A DNA stretch of 63,594 nucleotides, the filler included, from Candidatus Aminicenantales bacterium (GTDB taxonomy: Bacteria; Acidobacteriota; Aminicenantia; Aminicenantales; Saccharicenantaceae), in NCBI GenBank assembly GCA_049512315.1. It is 4 parts of 4 records of this genome, joined end to end, with 100 filler letters (N's around TTAATTAATTAA, not from the genome) between each part and the next. Parts side by side here need not be neighbours in the genome. Positions count along the whole stretch, not along the records: positions 52,386 to 63,594 come from JBEKXF010000055.1; 3 more parts are not named here. One strand, written 5' to 3'. The translations under genes were made by a program, and so were the position numbers. Numbering within the stretch: position 1 is the first letter of the stretch; each line of letters starts with the position of its first letter. This document shows positions 52,386 through 60,903 of this stretch, piece by piece. The notes under the pieces are model-generated. The model was not told the DNA's origin and did not search any database. It saw nothing but the letters and a program-made list of their open reading frames with translations.

Positions 52386-52659
52386 GTTCCTCGGGCAGGA
52401 ACTTCAGGGCGACGGCACGCTTGAGCTTGGTGTCCTCTGCCTTATAAACGACCCCCATCCCGCCCCGGCCGAGTTCCTCAATGATCCTGTACTTTCCGGC
52501 GACGATCACTCCTATGGGCAGCCCTATGGCCGGCGTCTGGAGCGTTTTCGTCAATGAGGAAGGGCCCGCTTCTCCACCACTAAGCGGCGCCGCACAGCTC
52601 CCGCAAAACCGGGAGGTGTCAGGATTCTCAGAATGACACTTGGGGCATTTATTGGCCAA
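52386..52659 (-). CDS. Zinc-ribbon Ser/Thr protein kinase, N-terminal part (cut by contig end)
   Basis: CPKC...CGSC ribbon; [20 protein letters not shown]...VALKFL. Confidence 0.9.
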
Positions 52660-52686
52660 GCGAACTCTCGATCTCCAGCTTAGCCT

Positions 52687-52720
52687 CAGATTAACAGAGG
52701 GATGGGCGGGAAGTCAAACG
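52687..52720 (-). promoter_or_regulatory. Kinase-module promoter, copy A
   Basis: - strand CGT-TTGACT-TCCCGCCCATCCCTC-TGT-TAATCT-G; near-identical copies at 58367-58400 and 63282-63315. Confidence 0.75.
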
Positions 52721-52810
52721 GGGCGTGCCCGGGGCCTCGAAGAAAGCCAATTCCCTGTAGGGGGGATGGGAAAACGAGGTTTTCGGGGGTAACCTGGACG
52801 TACAGGTAGC

Positions 52811-52965
52811 AACTTGTACAGACGGGATGTACAAGTTCCCATATGGGGGGAAACACCCCAAAAACACTAACTAGTACACTTGTACAGTAGAAAAGAGAAG
52901 AGAGAAAAAAAACAGGCCCCCCTTTTTTTCTTCCCCCCTCTACAGGCTGTCCTAGTGTACAAGTT
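52811..52965. repeat. Four ACTTGTACA repeats in alternating orientation (iteron-like)
   Basis: AACTTGTACA 52811, TGTACAAGTT 52828, ACTTGTACA 52878, TGTACAAGTT 52956. Confidence 0.7.
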
Positions 52966-53196
52966 GGAGGCGCTGGCAGTGCGTCCGGGGGGAAGTCGGC
53001 AGACCCCGGCTAAGCTAATAGGGTCCCGGCCAAAGTCCTGCCGGCAGGATTCTAGACCGCCCTCGGGGAAAACGTCCTCCCGGAGGGAGGTTTGCCAGAA
53101 AACTCACATTATGTCTGGACCATTTTTTAGGGATGAGGCCCCCCGTCACCGAGTCCGAGCCACGAGCCTTGCTGAGGAACTCGGGGCATCCCCCGA

Positions 53197-54969
53197 TCAG
53201 GCCGGTTCGGATCTGAACGAGGACGGCTTGCCGCGCTCGCCGATCTGCTGGCGCCACATGGCGTAGTAGAGTCCCTTTTGCCCGAGCAACTGTTGGTGGG
53301 TTCCCGATTCGACGATCTTCCCCTGTTCCAGCACGTAGATCACATCGGCGTGCATGATGGTCGAGAGCCGGTGGGCGATCAAGATGGTGATTTGTTCCCG
53401 GCTGGCCGAGATCTGCCTGATCGTCCGCGTGATGTCCTCCTCGGTCAGCGAGTCGAGCGCCGACGTGGCCTCGTCGAAGATCAGTAGCCGGGGTTGTCGA
53501 AGCAACGCCCTGGCGATGGAAAGGCGCTGCTTTTCGCCGCCGGAGAGCTTGATGCCGTTCTCACCGATGATCGTATCAATCCCTGCGGCGGCACGGGAGA
53601 GAAACGAGGTCGCCTGGGCTTTGCGCAAGGCCTCCAAGATCTCCTCGTCGGTGGCGTCCGATCTCACGAATTGCATGTTTTCCTTGATGCTGCCGGCGTA
53701 TAGCTGGGTTTCCTGCGTGACAAAACCGATCTGCCTGCGCAAGGGGTTGTAACGGATGTTCGTGGACGAGGCCCTGTTGAAAAAAATGGACCCGCTGACC
53801 GGGCTATAGAGCCCCACGAGCAATTTCACCAGGGTGGACTTCCCCGATCCCGAAGGGCCGACAATGGCGATGGTTTCTCCGGACCGGACATCGAACGAGA
53901 TGCCGTCAACGGCGTTGAACGACGCGGTCCTGTGCCGGAAGACCACGTTCTCGAAGCGGATCCTTTCCAGCGGGCCGATCTCATCGGGATTTTCGGGGCG
54001 GCGCTCGATGGGCTTTTTCATGAGCGTGTCGAAAGTATGGATGGACGCGTCCACTTCCCGGTATTGCAGGATGATATTCCCCATGTCCTGCAAAGGCCCG
54101 AAAATGGCGGTGGAGATGAACTGCATGGCGATCAGCTGGCCGGTCGTCAGAACGTGGCGGAAAATGAGCCACAGCAGGATGAACAGGATGGATTGTTTGA
54201 GCAGGTTCAGCGCGGTCCCCTGCAGGAACGTGAGCGAGCGGACCTTCCGGGCCTTCGTCATCTCAAGATCGTAGATGCCGCGCGTCTGGCCGCCGAGACG
54301 CTTGATCTCCTGGAAGGTCAGGCCCAAACATTTGACCAGCTCGATGTTCCGCAGGGACTCGGTGATGACCCCCGACAGGCGATAGGTTTCCCGGTTGATG
54401 GACCGCTGGACGGTCTTGATCTTTTTCGAGAGCAGGCCCGTGAGAAAGCCCAGCACGCCGATGCCGACGAGAAAAACGGGGATCAGCAGCCAGCTTTTCG
54501 TGATGCTGTACCAGATCAGGAAGCCGATACCGATGATCGAGGAAAACAGCACGTTGATCAGGGAATCCACGAAACGCTCGGTATCGGTCTTCACCTTCTG
54601 CATGACGGAGACGGTTTCGCCGCTGCGGCTTTCTTCGAATTCCTGGAAGGAGAGCCGCAGGGTCTGTTTCAGGCCGTCGTTAAAGACGTTCATCCCGAAG
54701 CGGGCCACGGCCATGCGCGAAAGATATTCCTGCAGCGCCCTGAACAGCCTGGCCAGCAAGGCGATGGCGATGGCCAGGGCAAGCCAGAAAAGCACCCCGC
54801 GGACGAGTTCGTTCTCCGGGCGGTCGCCGCGGCCTGTGGCGTAGCCGTCGATGATCTTCCCGAAAATGATGGGGTCGATCAGGCTGAGTAATTGCGCCAG
54901 CAGCGCCGACAACAAGGAGACGATGATTAGCCCTTTATGGGGTTTCAGATATTTCCAGAGGATTCGCAT
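53197..54969 (-). CDS. ABC exporter, fused permease/ATP-binding (MsbA-like fold)
   Basis: TM domain; GPSGSGKST, LSGGEKQR, FDEATSALD, IAHRLS; likely ATG 54969. Confidence 0.93.
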   Translation of the reverse strand: MRILWKYLKPHKGLIIVSLLSALLAQLLSLIDPIIFGKIIDGYATGRGDRPENELVRGVLFWLALAIAIALLARLFRALQEYLSRMAVARFGMNVFNDGLKQTLRLSFQEFEESRSGETVSVMQKVKTDTERFVDSLINVLFSSIIGIGFLIWYSITKSWLLIPVFLVGIGVLGFLTGLLSKKIKTVQRSINRETYRLSGVITESLRNIELVKCLGLTFQEIKRLGGQTRGIYDLEMTKARKVRSLTFLQGTALNLLKQSILFILLWLIFRHVLTTGQLIAMQFISTAIFGPLQDMGNIILQYREVDASIHTFDTLMKKPIERRPENPDEIGPLERIRFENVVFRHRTASFNAVDGISFDVRSGETIAIVGPSGSGKSTLVKLLVGLYSPVSGSIFFNRASSTNIRYNPLRRQIGFVTQETQLYAGSIKENMQFVRSDATDEEILEALRKAQATSFLSRAAAGIDTIIGENGIKLSGGEKQRLSIARALLRQPRLLIFDEATSALDSLTEEDITRTIRQISASREQITILIAHRLSTIMHADVIYVLEQGKIVESGTHQQLLGQKGLYYAMWRQQIGERGKPSSFRSEPA

Positions 54970-55073
54970 GCCGGAATGATATTGCCCCGGCTTGGGCGAT
55001 GTCAATCTGACCTGCTCCCCTGGGGTGTCAGGCCTCATAGGAGTCCAAAAAGCCACTATCAATAACCCCACTA

Positions 55074-55118
55074 ATCCGGAGACGCGGCTCGATCCATCGC
55101 GTCCTTGATACGCGATCT
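55074..55118. repeat. About 45-bp direct repeat shared with 59818-59862
   Basis: ATCCGGAGACGCGGCTCGATCCATCGCGTCCTTGATAC vs ATCCCGAGACGCAGCTCGATCCATCGCGCCCTTGATAC. Confidence 0.8.
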
Positions 55119-55180
55119 GTCACTTGTTCCAAAGGATCCGTCGTCAGCAAAGGGAATAGCCGATTCATTTGCGCGAAACG

Positions 55181-55228
55181 TGGCGTGCCTGAGAGGATTC
55201 GAACCTCCGACCTTTGGATCCGGAGTCC
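55181..55228 (-). repeat. tRNA-Arg(CCG) 3'-half fragment (att-like)
   Basis: - strand GGACTCCGGATCCAAAGGTCGGAGGTTCGAATCCTCTCAGGCACGCCA: anticodon loop, T-arm and CCA present; no D-arm or 5' acceptor strand. Confidence 0.85.
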
Positions 55229-55347
55229 TTTGTTCAAATTGCCTCCGGGGCAGATCTCAAAGCCCCGTTAATTCATCGCTGTAATCGGAGCGGCAGCAAC
55301 CGTTCTTATAAGATAATTGTTTCTGTTATTTGTTAGATGCTACGGGC

Positions 55348-56118
55348 TCAAACCGGCGCTTTGCGCGCCAGGTACAGGGTGCGGCAACCGCGCGTAATCA
55401 ATGGACTTTTGAAGAATGGGGCCGCGTCCCGGGTAAGCACGCGGTCGAACCCCGCCTTCTCCAATACACCGCGGATTTCCTTCGCACTCCAGCAAACTTC
55501 CTCTACATGTTCGTGCCGGCGCCGCCAGATCCCCCGCCCGCCCCCGATAAACCATTCAACATCGACCCACGCGCGGTCTTTGCGCGCGTCATTGCCATTG
55601 CGCATCACCATCACCACACCCGGCTTCTCGTTCCACCAGATCCCGGTCCAGTAACGCCTGAAACCTGCGCGGTTGTTGACATCGAAATAGAACCAGCCTC
55701 CCGCTCGCAACGCACGCGCCGCGCATTTGGCAACCGCTGCCAAGTCCGCTTTGTGATTGACATGATTGATCGCGTCGCCTTCACAGGTAATGAGGTCCAC
55801 CCTTTCCGGCAAGCGAAAGCTGCGCATGTCGGCGCGAAGGACCCGAATCGAAACACCCGCGCGCAGAGCCTTCTCCCGAGCCAGGCGGCACATCCCCGGG
55901 GAGAGATCTACGGCGATCGTCCGAATCCCCATCGTGGCAAGCTTCACGGCTGCTGTGCCTGATCCACAGGCCAGGTCGCACGCGGACCGCACCCTCGGCA
56001 GGATCGGGCCAACTACGGCCTGACGCGCCGCATCCGCCACGCCTACAAAAGGCCCGAACATCAGATCGTAGTACTTAGCCGTCCACTTATAAGGTCGGTT
56101 GCGAGTCCTGGAAATCAT
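55348..56118 (-). CDS. Class I SAM-dependent methyltransferase
   Basis: DLACGSG, VDLSPGM, ADMRSF, DAINH, GGWFYFD. Confidence 0.9.
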   Translation of the reverse strand: MISRTRNRPYKWTAKYYDLMFGPFVGVADAARQAVVGPILPRVRSACDLACGSGTAAVKLATMGIRTIAVDLSPGMCRLAREKALRAGVSIRVLRADMRSFRLPERVDLITCEGDAINHVNHKADLAAVAKCAARALRAGGWFYFDVNNRAGFRRYWTGIWWNEKPGVVMVMRNGNDARKDRAWVDVEWFIGGGRGIWRRRHEHVEEVCWSAKEIRGVLEKAGFDRVLTRDAAPFFKSPLITRGCRTLYLARKAPV

Positions 56119-56356
56119 GCTGTATCTCCCAAGCGGACTGAATCTGCGATGTGACCTGTCCCCGCCCAATGTACCACCTCTATAGTGAAGTTTTCAAACG
56201 ATTGGACGTGCCGCCTCTGTAGTCATGATGTCAAGATTCATGACGTGTTGGGAGCTAATATGGGCTTAAAGCGGCTTAAAGGAACATAAAGCTGGTTTTC
56301 GCTGCCCGAAAGCGCAACTCGTTGATCTTCTCGGGGCAACAGGGGGGGGAAGTGAG

Positions 56357-56404
56357 TGGCCTGCCTGAGAGGATTCGAACCTCCGACCTTTGGATCCGAA
56401 GTCC
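56357..56404 (-). repeat. tRNA-Arg 3'-half fragment (anticodon reads TCG), 46/48 identical to 55181-55228
   Basis: - strand GGACTTCGGATCCAAAGGTCGGAGGTTCGAATCCTCTCAGGCAGGCCA. Confidence 0.85.
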
Positions 56405-56605
56405 GTAACGCCTATGCATGTCTATTTGCATAATCGCCTACGATTATCTCCTCATATTCTTATCGGCGTGCTCCGCGCTTGTGCCACATTTGTGCCACAT
56501 AGGGGGCCAAATGTGGGCAATTCGGGGCAAGCACAGGCAGAGTTGATAGCCCTCCGGCTCGGGGCCTAAATCTCTGATATTGGTGCCTTATATGGGGGGA
56601 TTTAA

Positions 56606-56662
56606 TGGAGCCAGCGAGAGGGATCGAACCTCCGACCTGCTGATTACGAATCAGCTGCTCTA
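56606..56662 (-). repeat. tRNA-Thr(CGT) 3' fragment (att-like)
   Basis: - strand TAGAGCAGCTGATTCGTAATCAGCAGGTCGGAGGTTCGATCCCTCTCGCTGGCTCCA; upstream sequence cannot pair with the acceptor stem. Confidence 0.85.
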
Positions 56663-56847
56663 GCGTTTCAACTTACTGATAATAAAGGTAATTAGGTGGG
56701 GCGCCCAATCGATTGGGCTCAGATTGTGCTCACCTTCGGTGCTGCCACGAATTGGTGATCAGCTGCCCGTCAGCCCGGCCAGCCGCTTCCTGGCATCCTC
56801 AACCTCGGGCAATCGCGTGTCGGTGTCTTTCTATAAATCTGCGGTGC

Positions 56848-58125
56848 CTATTTATCATGCCGGAATATTTGACCGTCTTTCATGACGAACATGACCCTCT
56901 GAAGCGCCGTGATGTCCTGCAATGGATCGCCCGGCACGGCCACGATATCAGCCATCATTCCGGGGGCCAGATGACCTATTGAAGCAGATTGGCCGAGCAA
57001 TTCGGCGGCGACGGAGGTCCCTGCTTTGATGGCATCCATGGGACTAAAACCGGCTTTTTTGACCAAGAGCTCGAATTCCTTTGCTTGGTTGACCGACCAG
57101 GGAAAGGAACCGGCATCTGTGCCGAGGGCGATCTTCAGCCCTTTTTTGTAAGCGCTATGAAGTCCCTTGTATTCTATTTCAAGCAACTGTTTCTCTAGCG
57201 GGGGCTGGCTGTTATCAAAAGGGTATTCAAATACTGACAAGGTCGGGCACCAATAGACTCCCTGAGTCTTCGCTTGGTCGATTAAGCTATCATCAAACCC
57301 GCTTCCGTGCTCGATGCTCTCTACTCCGGCTTCCAGAGCCGCTTTGATTCCATTCCGGCTGATGGCATGAGCCGCAACCTTGTGCTCGAGTCTATGGGCT
57401 TCATTCACCATAGTCGCGAGTTCTTCGCGGGTGAAATTCGTCAGGCCCGATATGCCTCCATCTTTATCAATAAAGAACGGCCAATCCACATAGATTTTGA
57501 TCCAATCCGCGCCATTGGCGACCTGCTCTCGAACTGCCTTGAGGCACTCATCAGTCCCAGTGACCATTTGAGCCCCTTTGGGAAGATCGAGTTCCCAGGA
57601 GTAATCAAAGGGCATGTAGCGTCCCAATGTGTTCAACCCACGCGTCGAGACCCATAATCGGGGACCCGGGATGAGGCCCATGTTGATCGCCTTATTCACA
57701 TCCACGTCGGCATACATGGCCCCTTCGGATTCGACATCCCGCAACGCCGTAAAGCCGTTCCAGAGAGCTTTGCGGACGTTGGCGACCGCGCGAATGGTCC
57801 GGAAGGGAGTCGAATTCTTGTAGAGATCGGCCCCATAATCAGGGGAGCCATCCGCCATGATATGGGTGTGGCAGTCGATGAATCCGGGAAGGACGGTTTT
57901 GTCGCTGAGATCGACAATGACGGCATCCTTGGGAATGGCGGCATTCTCGCCAAGCGCGGTGATCTTGTCCCCTTGGACGATGATGTTGACATTGCGTCGC
58001 ATCTCCGCACTCTGACCATCGATAAGTCTTCCGGCTTTGATGACATAGGTCTGATCCGCCGAAGCAACGATGGCCAGAAAAAAGAGACCTCCTAGGATCA
58101 AGAAGCACTTGCCCGTTTTACTCAT
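56848..58125 (-). CDS. Secreted amidohydrolase (Xaa-Pro dipeptidase/ochratoxinase-like)
   Basis: ATG 58125 after GAGGAGG; PGFIDCHTH, WIKIY, AAHA, IEHG, GTDAG, ADIVAV.GDPL. Confidence 0.9.
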   Translation of the reverse strand: MSKTGKCFLILGGLFFLAIVASADQTYVIKAGRLIDGQSAEMRRNVNIIVQGDKITALGENAAIPKDAVIVDLSDKTVLPGFIDCHTHIMADGSPDYGADLYKNSTPFRTIRAVANVRKALWNGFTALRDVESEGAMYADVDVNKAINMGLIPGPRLWVSTRGLNTLGRYMPFDYSWELDLPKGAQMVTGTDECLKAVREQVANGADWIKIYVDWPFFIDKDGGISGLTNFTREELATMVNEAHRLEHKVAAHAISRNGIKAALEAGVESIEHGSGFDDSLIDQAKTQGVYWCPTLSVFEYPFDNSQPPLEKQLLEIEYKGLHSAYKKGLKIALGTDAGSFPWSVNQAKEFELLVKKAGFSPMDAIKAGTSVAAELLGQSASIGHLAPGMMADIVAVPGDPLQDITALQRVMFVMKDGQIFRHDK

Positions 58126-58199
58126 CACCCCTCCTCTTTGCCAAGATTCTCGGCACATCATATCTGTTTGCCCATCCGTCCCGGCGGCTTCCGACGGCC

Positions 58200-58339
58200 G
58201 GGGGCAGGTGTTCGGAGAGTTTCCGTCACGGCCGGAGGATCGTCTTGGAGAGGGGAGGTGCATGGTGCCGCCTCCCACCCCCGCCGAACTTCACGGTTTT
58301 GGCATTCTCAGAATGACAGGTCGTACACTTGATGGCCAA
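58200..58339 (-). pseudogene. Decayed 5' end of a zinc-ribbon Ser/Thr kinase
   Basis: TTG start, MAIKCTTCHSENAKTVKFGGV; shifted frame PAVTETLRTP; parallels [12 protein letters not shown]...LTKTLQTP at 52659. Confidence 0.75.
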
Positions 58340-58366
58340 GCGAGCTCCCCTTCTCTAGCTTGGCCT

Positions 58367-58447
58367 CAGATTAACAGAGGGACGGGCGGGAAGTCAAACG
58401 GGGCGGGCTGAGAGGATTCGGATTTCCGACCTTTGGACCCATAGTCC
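58367..58447 (-). repeat. Degenerate tRNA-Arg 3' fragment (58401-58447) directly followed by kinase promoter copy B
   Basis: + strand CAGATTAACAGAGGGACGGGCGGGAAGTCAAACG-GGGCGGGCTGAGAGGATTCGGATTTCCGACCTTTGGACCCATAGTCC. Confidence 0.8.
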
Positions 58448-58584
58448 ATTTCCTTCCGATCTAGTCCGAATGGAGGACCCCCGTTAAGATTAATAATTCA
58501 GGATTATCCCTGTTTTCGGATAATCAAAAAAATGCTAATTTTGAGAAATCAGTATTATAATAAGCGTGTCGGGAAACCCTAGGG

Positions 58585-59772
58585 ATGCGTGTTCTTGCTC
58601 TTGGTGGAGCGAGTTTGTATGGTAAGAATGCCTGCAGCATTCTGGCTTCGAGCAGTCTTGTTTCTGAAATCCTGATAGCGGGAAGGAACCTGGAGACCGC
58701 CCAAAAATGCGCCAAAGATATAGGGGGGAAGGCGAGGGCAGCTTCCGTTGACGTTGCGGACCGAGGCAAGCTGATCGCTATAGCAAGGGACTGCGACATC
58801 ATTCTAAACACGACCGGTCCCGAATACGAGACTGTTTTGGACGTCCTCAATGCCGCTATCACGGCGGGCAAAAACTACTGCGACATCGGGGCGGACGGTC
58901 CCACAACAGAAGCGGCTCTGAAACTCGACTTGACGGCAAAAGCTAAGGGTGTCACGGCGTTGGTGGGGATAGGTGCCTGTCCTGGCGTGGCGAGCCTAAT
59001 GATGCTGCACGCGGCCCGCCAGCTGGACAGGGTGGAGAAGGTCAGTTCGTGCGGCTTCTTTCCGGCTGCCGCGCTCGGCATCACGAAAGACCTGGTCAGA
59101 AGCTACAGAGAGACTGGGCGCCTCTCCGCGGGGATGCAGATGCTCACGAAATGGGTCACGCCTCCGTTCCCTGGCTACCGAGGGGGGGTGTCGGCACCCA
59201 TCAGCAATGAGGCGGATGAAATGAACGTGACGATGCCCGGAAAGGGCGAGATTCCTGCTGTACTAGTGGGGAGCCCTGAAGCCGTTACCATTCCCCGGTC
59301 CATCCCCGAGATCCGAGAGGTCTACACTCTTGTCAGCTGGTTCCCCTTTCAGCTGAATGGAATGTACAGGCAGCTAGGAGCACGAGCAGCAAGGGGCGAG
59401 CTCAATTGGTCGCAAGCGACTCTGGATTTCCTCGACCTGATTGTCGCAGAGCAGGATCGAGAGCTGCCGGCCTCGGCCGGATTCCCGAGAGACGGTGTGC
59501 GCTGGGTAGAAGCGGTCGGAATCAAGAAGGGTAATCGAATGAGGTACTATTGCTCGCCCACGCCCATCTGGTACGGTTGGAACAATAATCCAACTTCCGC
59601 AGCCCTGGCCCTCGCGACCTTGAAGATCCTCGGAGGCGAGATAAGAACCCATGGAGTCTTGACGCCCGAGTCGTGTCTTGATCCTCTTCCTTTCATCAAG
59701 GAAGTCGCTCGTCAAATGGCGAAGATAGACGAAACGGGCAATCTCCTAGAAGAAGCCTGGCAGCAGCTGTAG
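58585..59772 (+). CDS. Saccharopine dehydrogenase-like NAD(P)-binding oxidoreductase
   Basis: VLALGGASLYG, IAGRN, NTTGP, YCDI, GIGACPG, GVLTPE. Confidence 0.85.
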   Translation: MRVLALGGASLYGKNACSILASSSLVSEILIAGRNLETAQKCAKDIGGKARAASVDVADRGKLIAIARDCDIILNTTGPEYETVLDVLNAAITAGKNYCDIGADGPTTEAALKLDLTAKAKGVTALVGIGACPGVASLMMLHAARQLDRVEKVSSCGFFPAAALGITKDLVRSYRETGRLSAGMQMLTKWVTPPFPGYRGGVSAPISNEADEMNVTMPGKGEIPAVLVGSPEAVTIPRSIPEIREVYTLVSWFPFQLNGMYRQLGARAARGELNWSQATLDFLDLIVAEQDRELPASAGFPRDGVRWVEAVGIKKGNRMRYYCSPTPIWYGWNNNPTSAALALATLKILGGEIRTHGVLTPESCLDPLPFIKEVARQMAKIDETGNLLEEAWQQL

Positions 59773-59790
59773 AAATCAATAGGTTTTCTT

Positions 59791-59825
59791 CTGAGGGATT
59801 CGACCTCCGACCATTGGATCCCGAG
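59791..59825 (-). repeat. Degenerate tRNA-Arg T-arm/anticodon fragment
   Basis: + strand CTGAGGGATTCGACCTCCGACCATTGGATCCCGAG vs CTGAGAGGATTCGAACCTCCGACCTTTGGATCCGGAG. Confidence 0.75.
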
Positions 59826-59863
59826 ACGCAGCTCGATCCATCGCGCCCTTGATACAGGATCTC

Positions 59864-60412
59864 CTATTTTGGCGAGGATTTGGTTTTGGTCCACTTACTC
59901 TCATACTGCGGCATCCACGTCTTTCCGTCGACAGATATTTCCTGCTTTGACACCGAGCTCATAAGATCGGGGGCAAAGACGCAGCTCCCTCTGAACTTAT
60001 ACTGCTTTTCTCCTAAGAAGTGGGTCCCGGAATAGTTTACCGTGTTGGCTTCAATCGTATAAGCAGCCGTTTCGAAGGACCCGTCGCTAGAAAAGTTGTT
60101 CCACATGAACTTCATGTTCACTGCGTCGTAACCATCGATCTCAAACCACTGGGTGGTTCCCGAAGGCCCTTTCTCTTCTGCGCGCCACTCCACGAAGAAA
60201 CCACCCAAGACGGGCCGGACTGTTGCCATCCCACTATATTTCCCTGCGGGTCCGAGCGGATTAGCCTTGGCCTCTCCTTCATAGGTCCATTTTCCGACCC
60301 AGATTTCCAGCTTCTTTTGTTCCGGGCCGGGCTTTGGAGCCGGTGTCTGTGCCCAGGCGAAGACCGCGAAGACCAAAAGAACCACGCTTACTGCAATAAC
60401 AAACCGTTTCAT
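59864..60412 (-). CDS. Secreted DUF1579-like beta-barrel protein
   Basis: Signal peptide; PKPGPEQKKL..WVGKW, LGGFFV, GYD, DGKTW. Confidence 0.7.
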   Translation of the reverse strand: MKRFVIAVSVVLLVFAVFAWAQTPAPKPGPEQKKLEIWVGKWTYEGEAKANPLGPAGKYSGMATVRPVLGGFFVEWRAEEKGPSGTTQWFEIDGYDAVNMKFMWNNFSSDGSFETAAYTIEANTVNYSGTHFLGEKQYKFRGSCVFAPDLMSSVSKQEISVDGKTWMPQYESKWTKTKSSPK

Positions 60413-60832
60413 GAAACCCCCTCCTGTTTACGGAATTCATAGATTAGGGAGAAAAAAAGGCACCTTCACAAAAAGCGGACGATTAGCTAACTTCTTACTG
60501 ACCCCAGTATTGCCCTAATCTACTATGCCTTAATCTATAGCATTGCGAGAATACGAAGTCAATAGGCTGCGCCTAGTTCCTGAGCTCCCCCTGCGGAATT
60601 ATCAAACCAACCCAAATGAAAATCCACATAGTATGTGACACGGTGGGGTGGTCTGCGTTTTCCCCTGGAGCGAGTCACGCAAGGTCCCAAACTTTGTGCA
60701 TATGGTCAGAAATGCAGGAAGATCAATTTATTAAGAATATGGGTCGCCCACTTTTCAACAGACTTATTCACGAAAGCTGTGAATAACCGGGGTGGATGAG
60801 TTGGCTCCGACGAACTTCATAGATCAAAGTTC

Positions 60833-60901
60833 CTAAAGACCGGCCAGCCGCGTCTTGGCGTCCGCAACCTCGGGCCGGCCCGGGTCGGCGTCCTTCCAGA
60901 G
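60833..60901 (-). pseudogene. Orphan C-terminal tail of another kinase-TPR type protein
   Basis: LWKDADPGRPEVADAKTRLAGL* begins 2 nt after the stop of 60904-63135; no start codon. Confidence 0.6.
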
Positions 60902-60903
60902 CA

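Noticed and set aside
55181..56662. Possible intact tRNA genes
   Set aside because: Each lacks the 5' acceptor strand and all or most of the D-arm, so they are reported as fragments.
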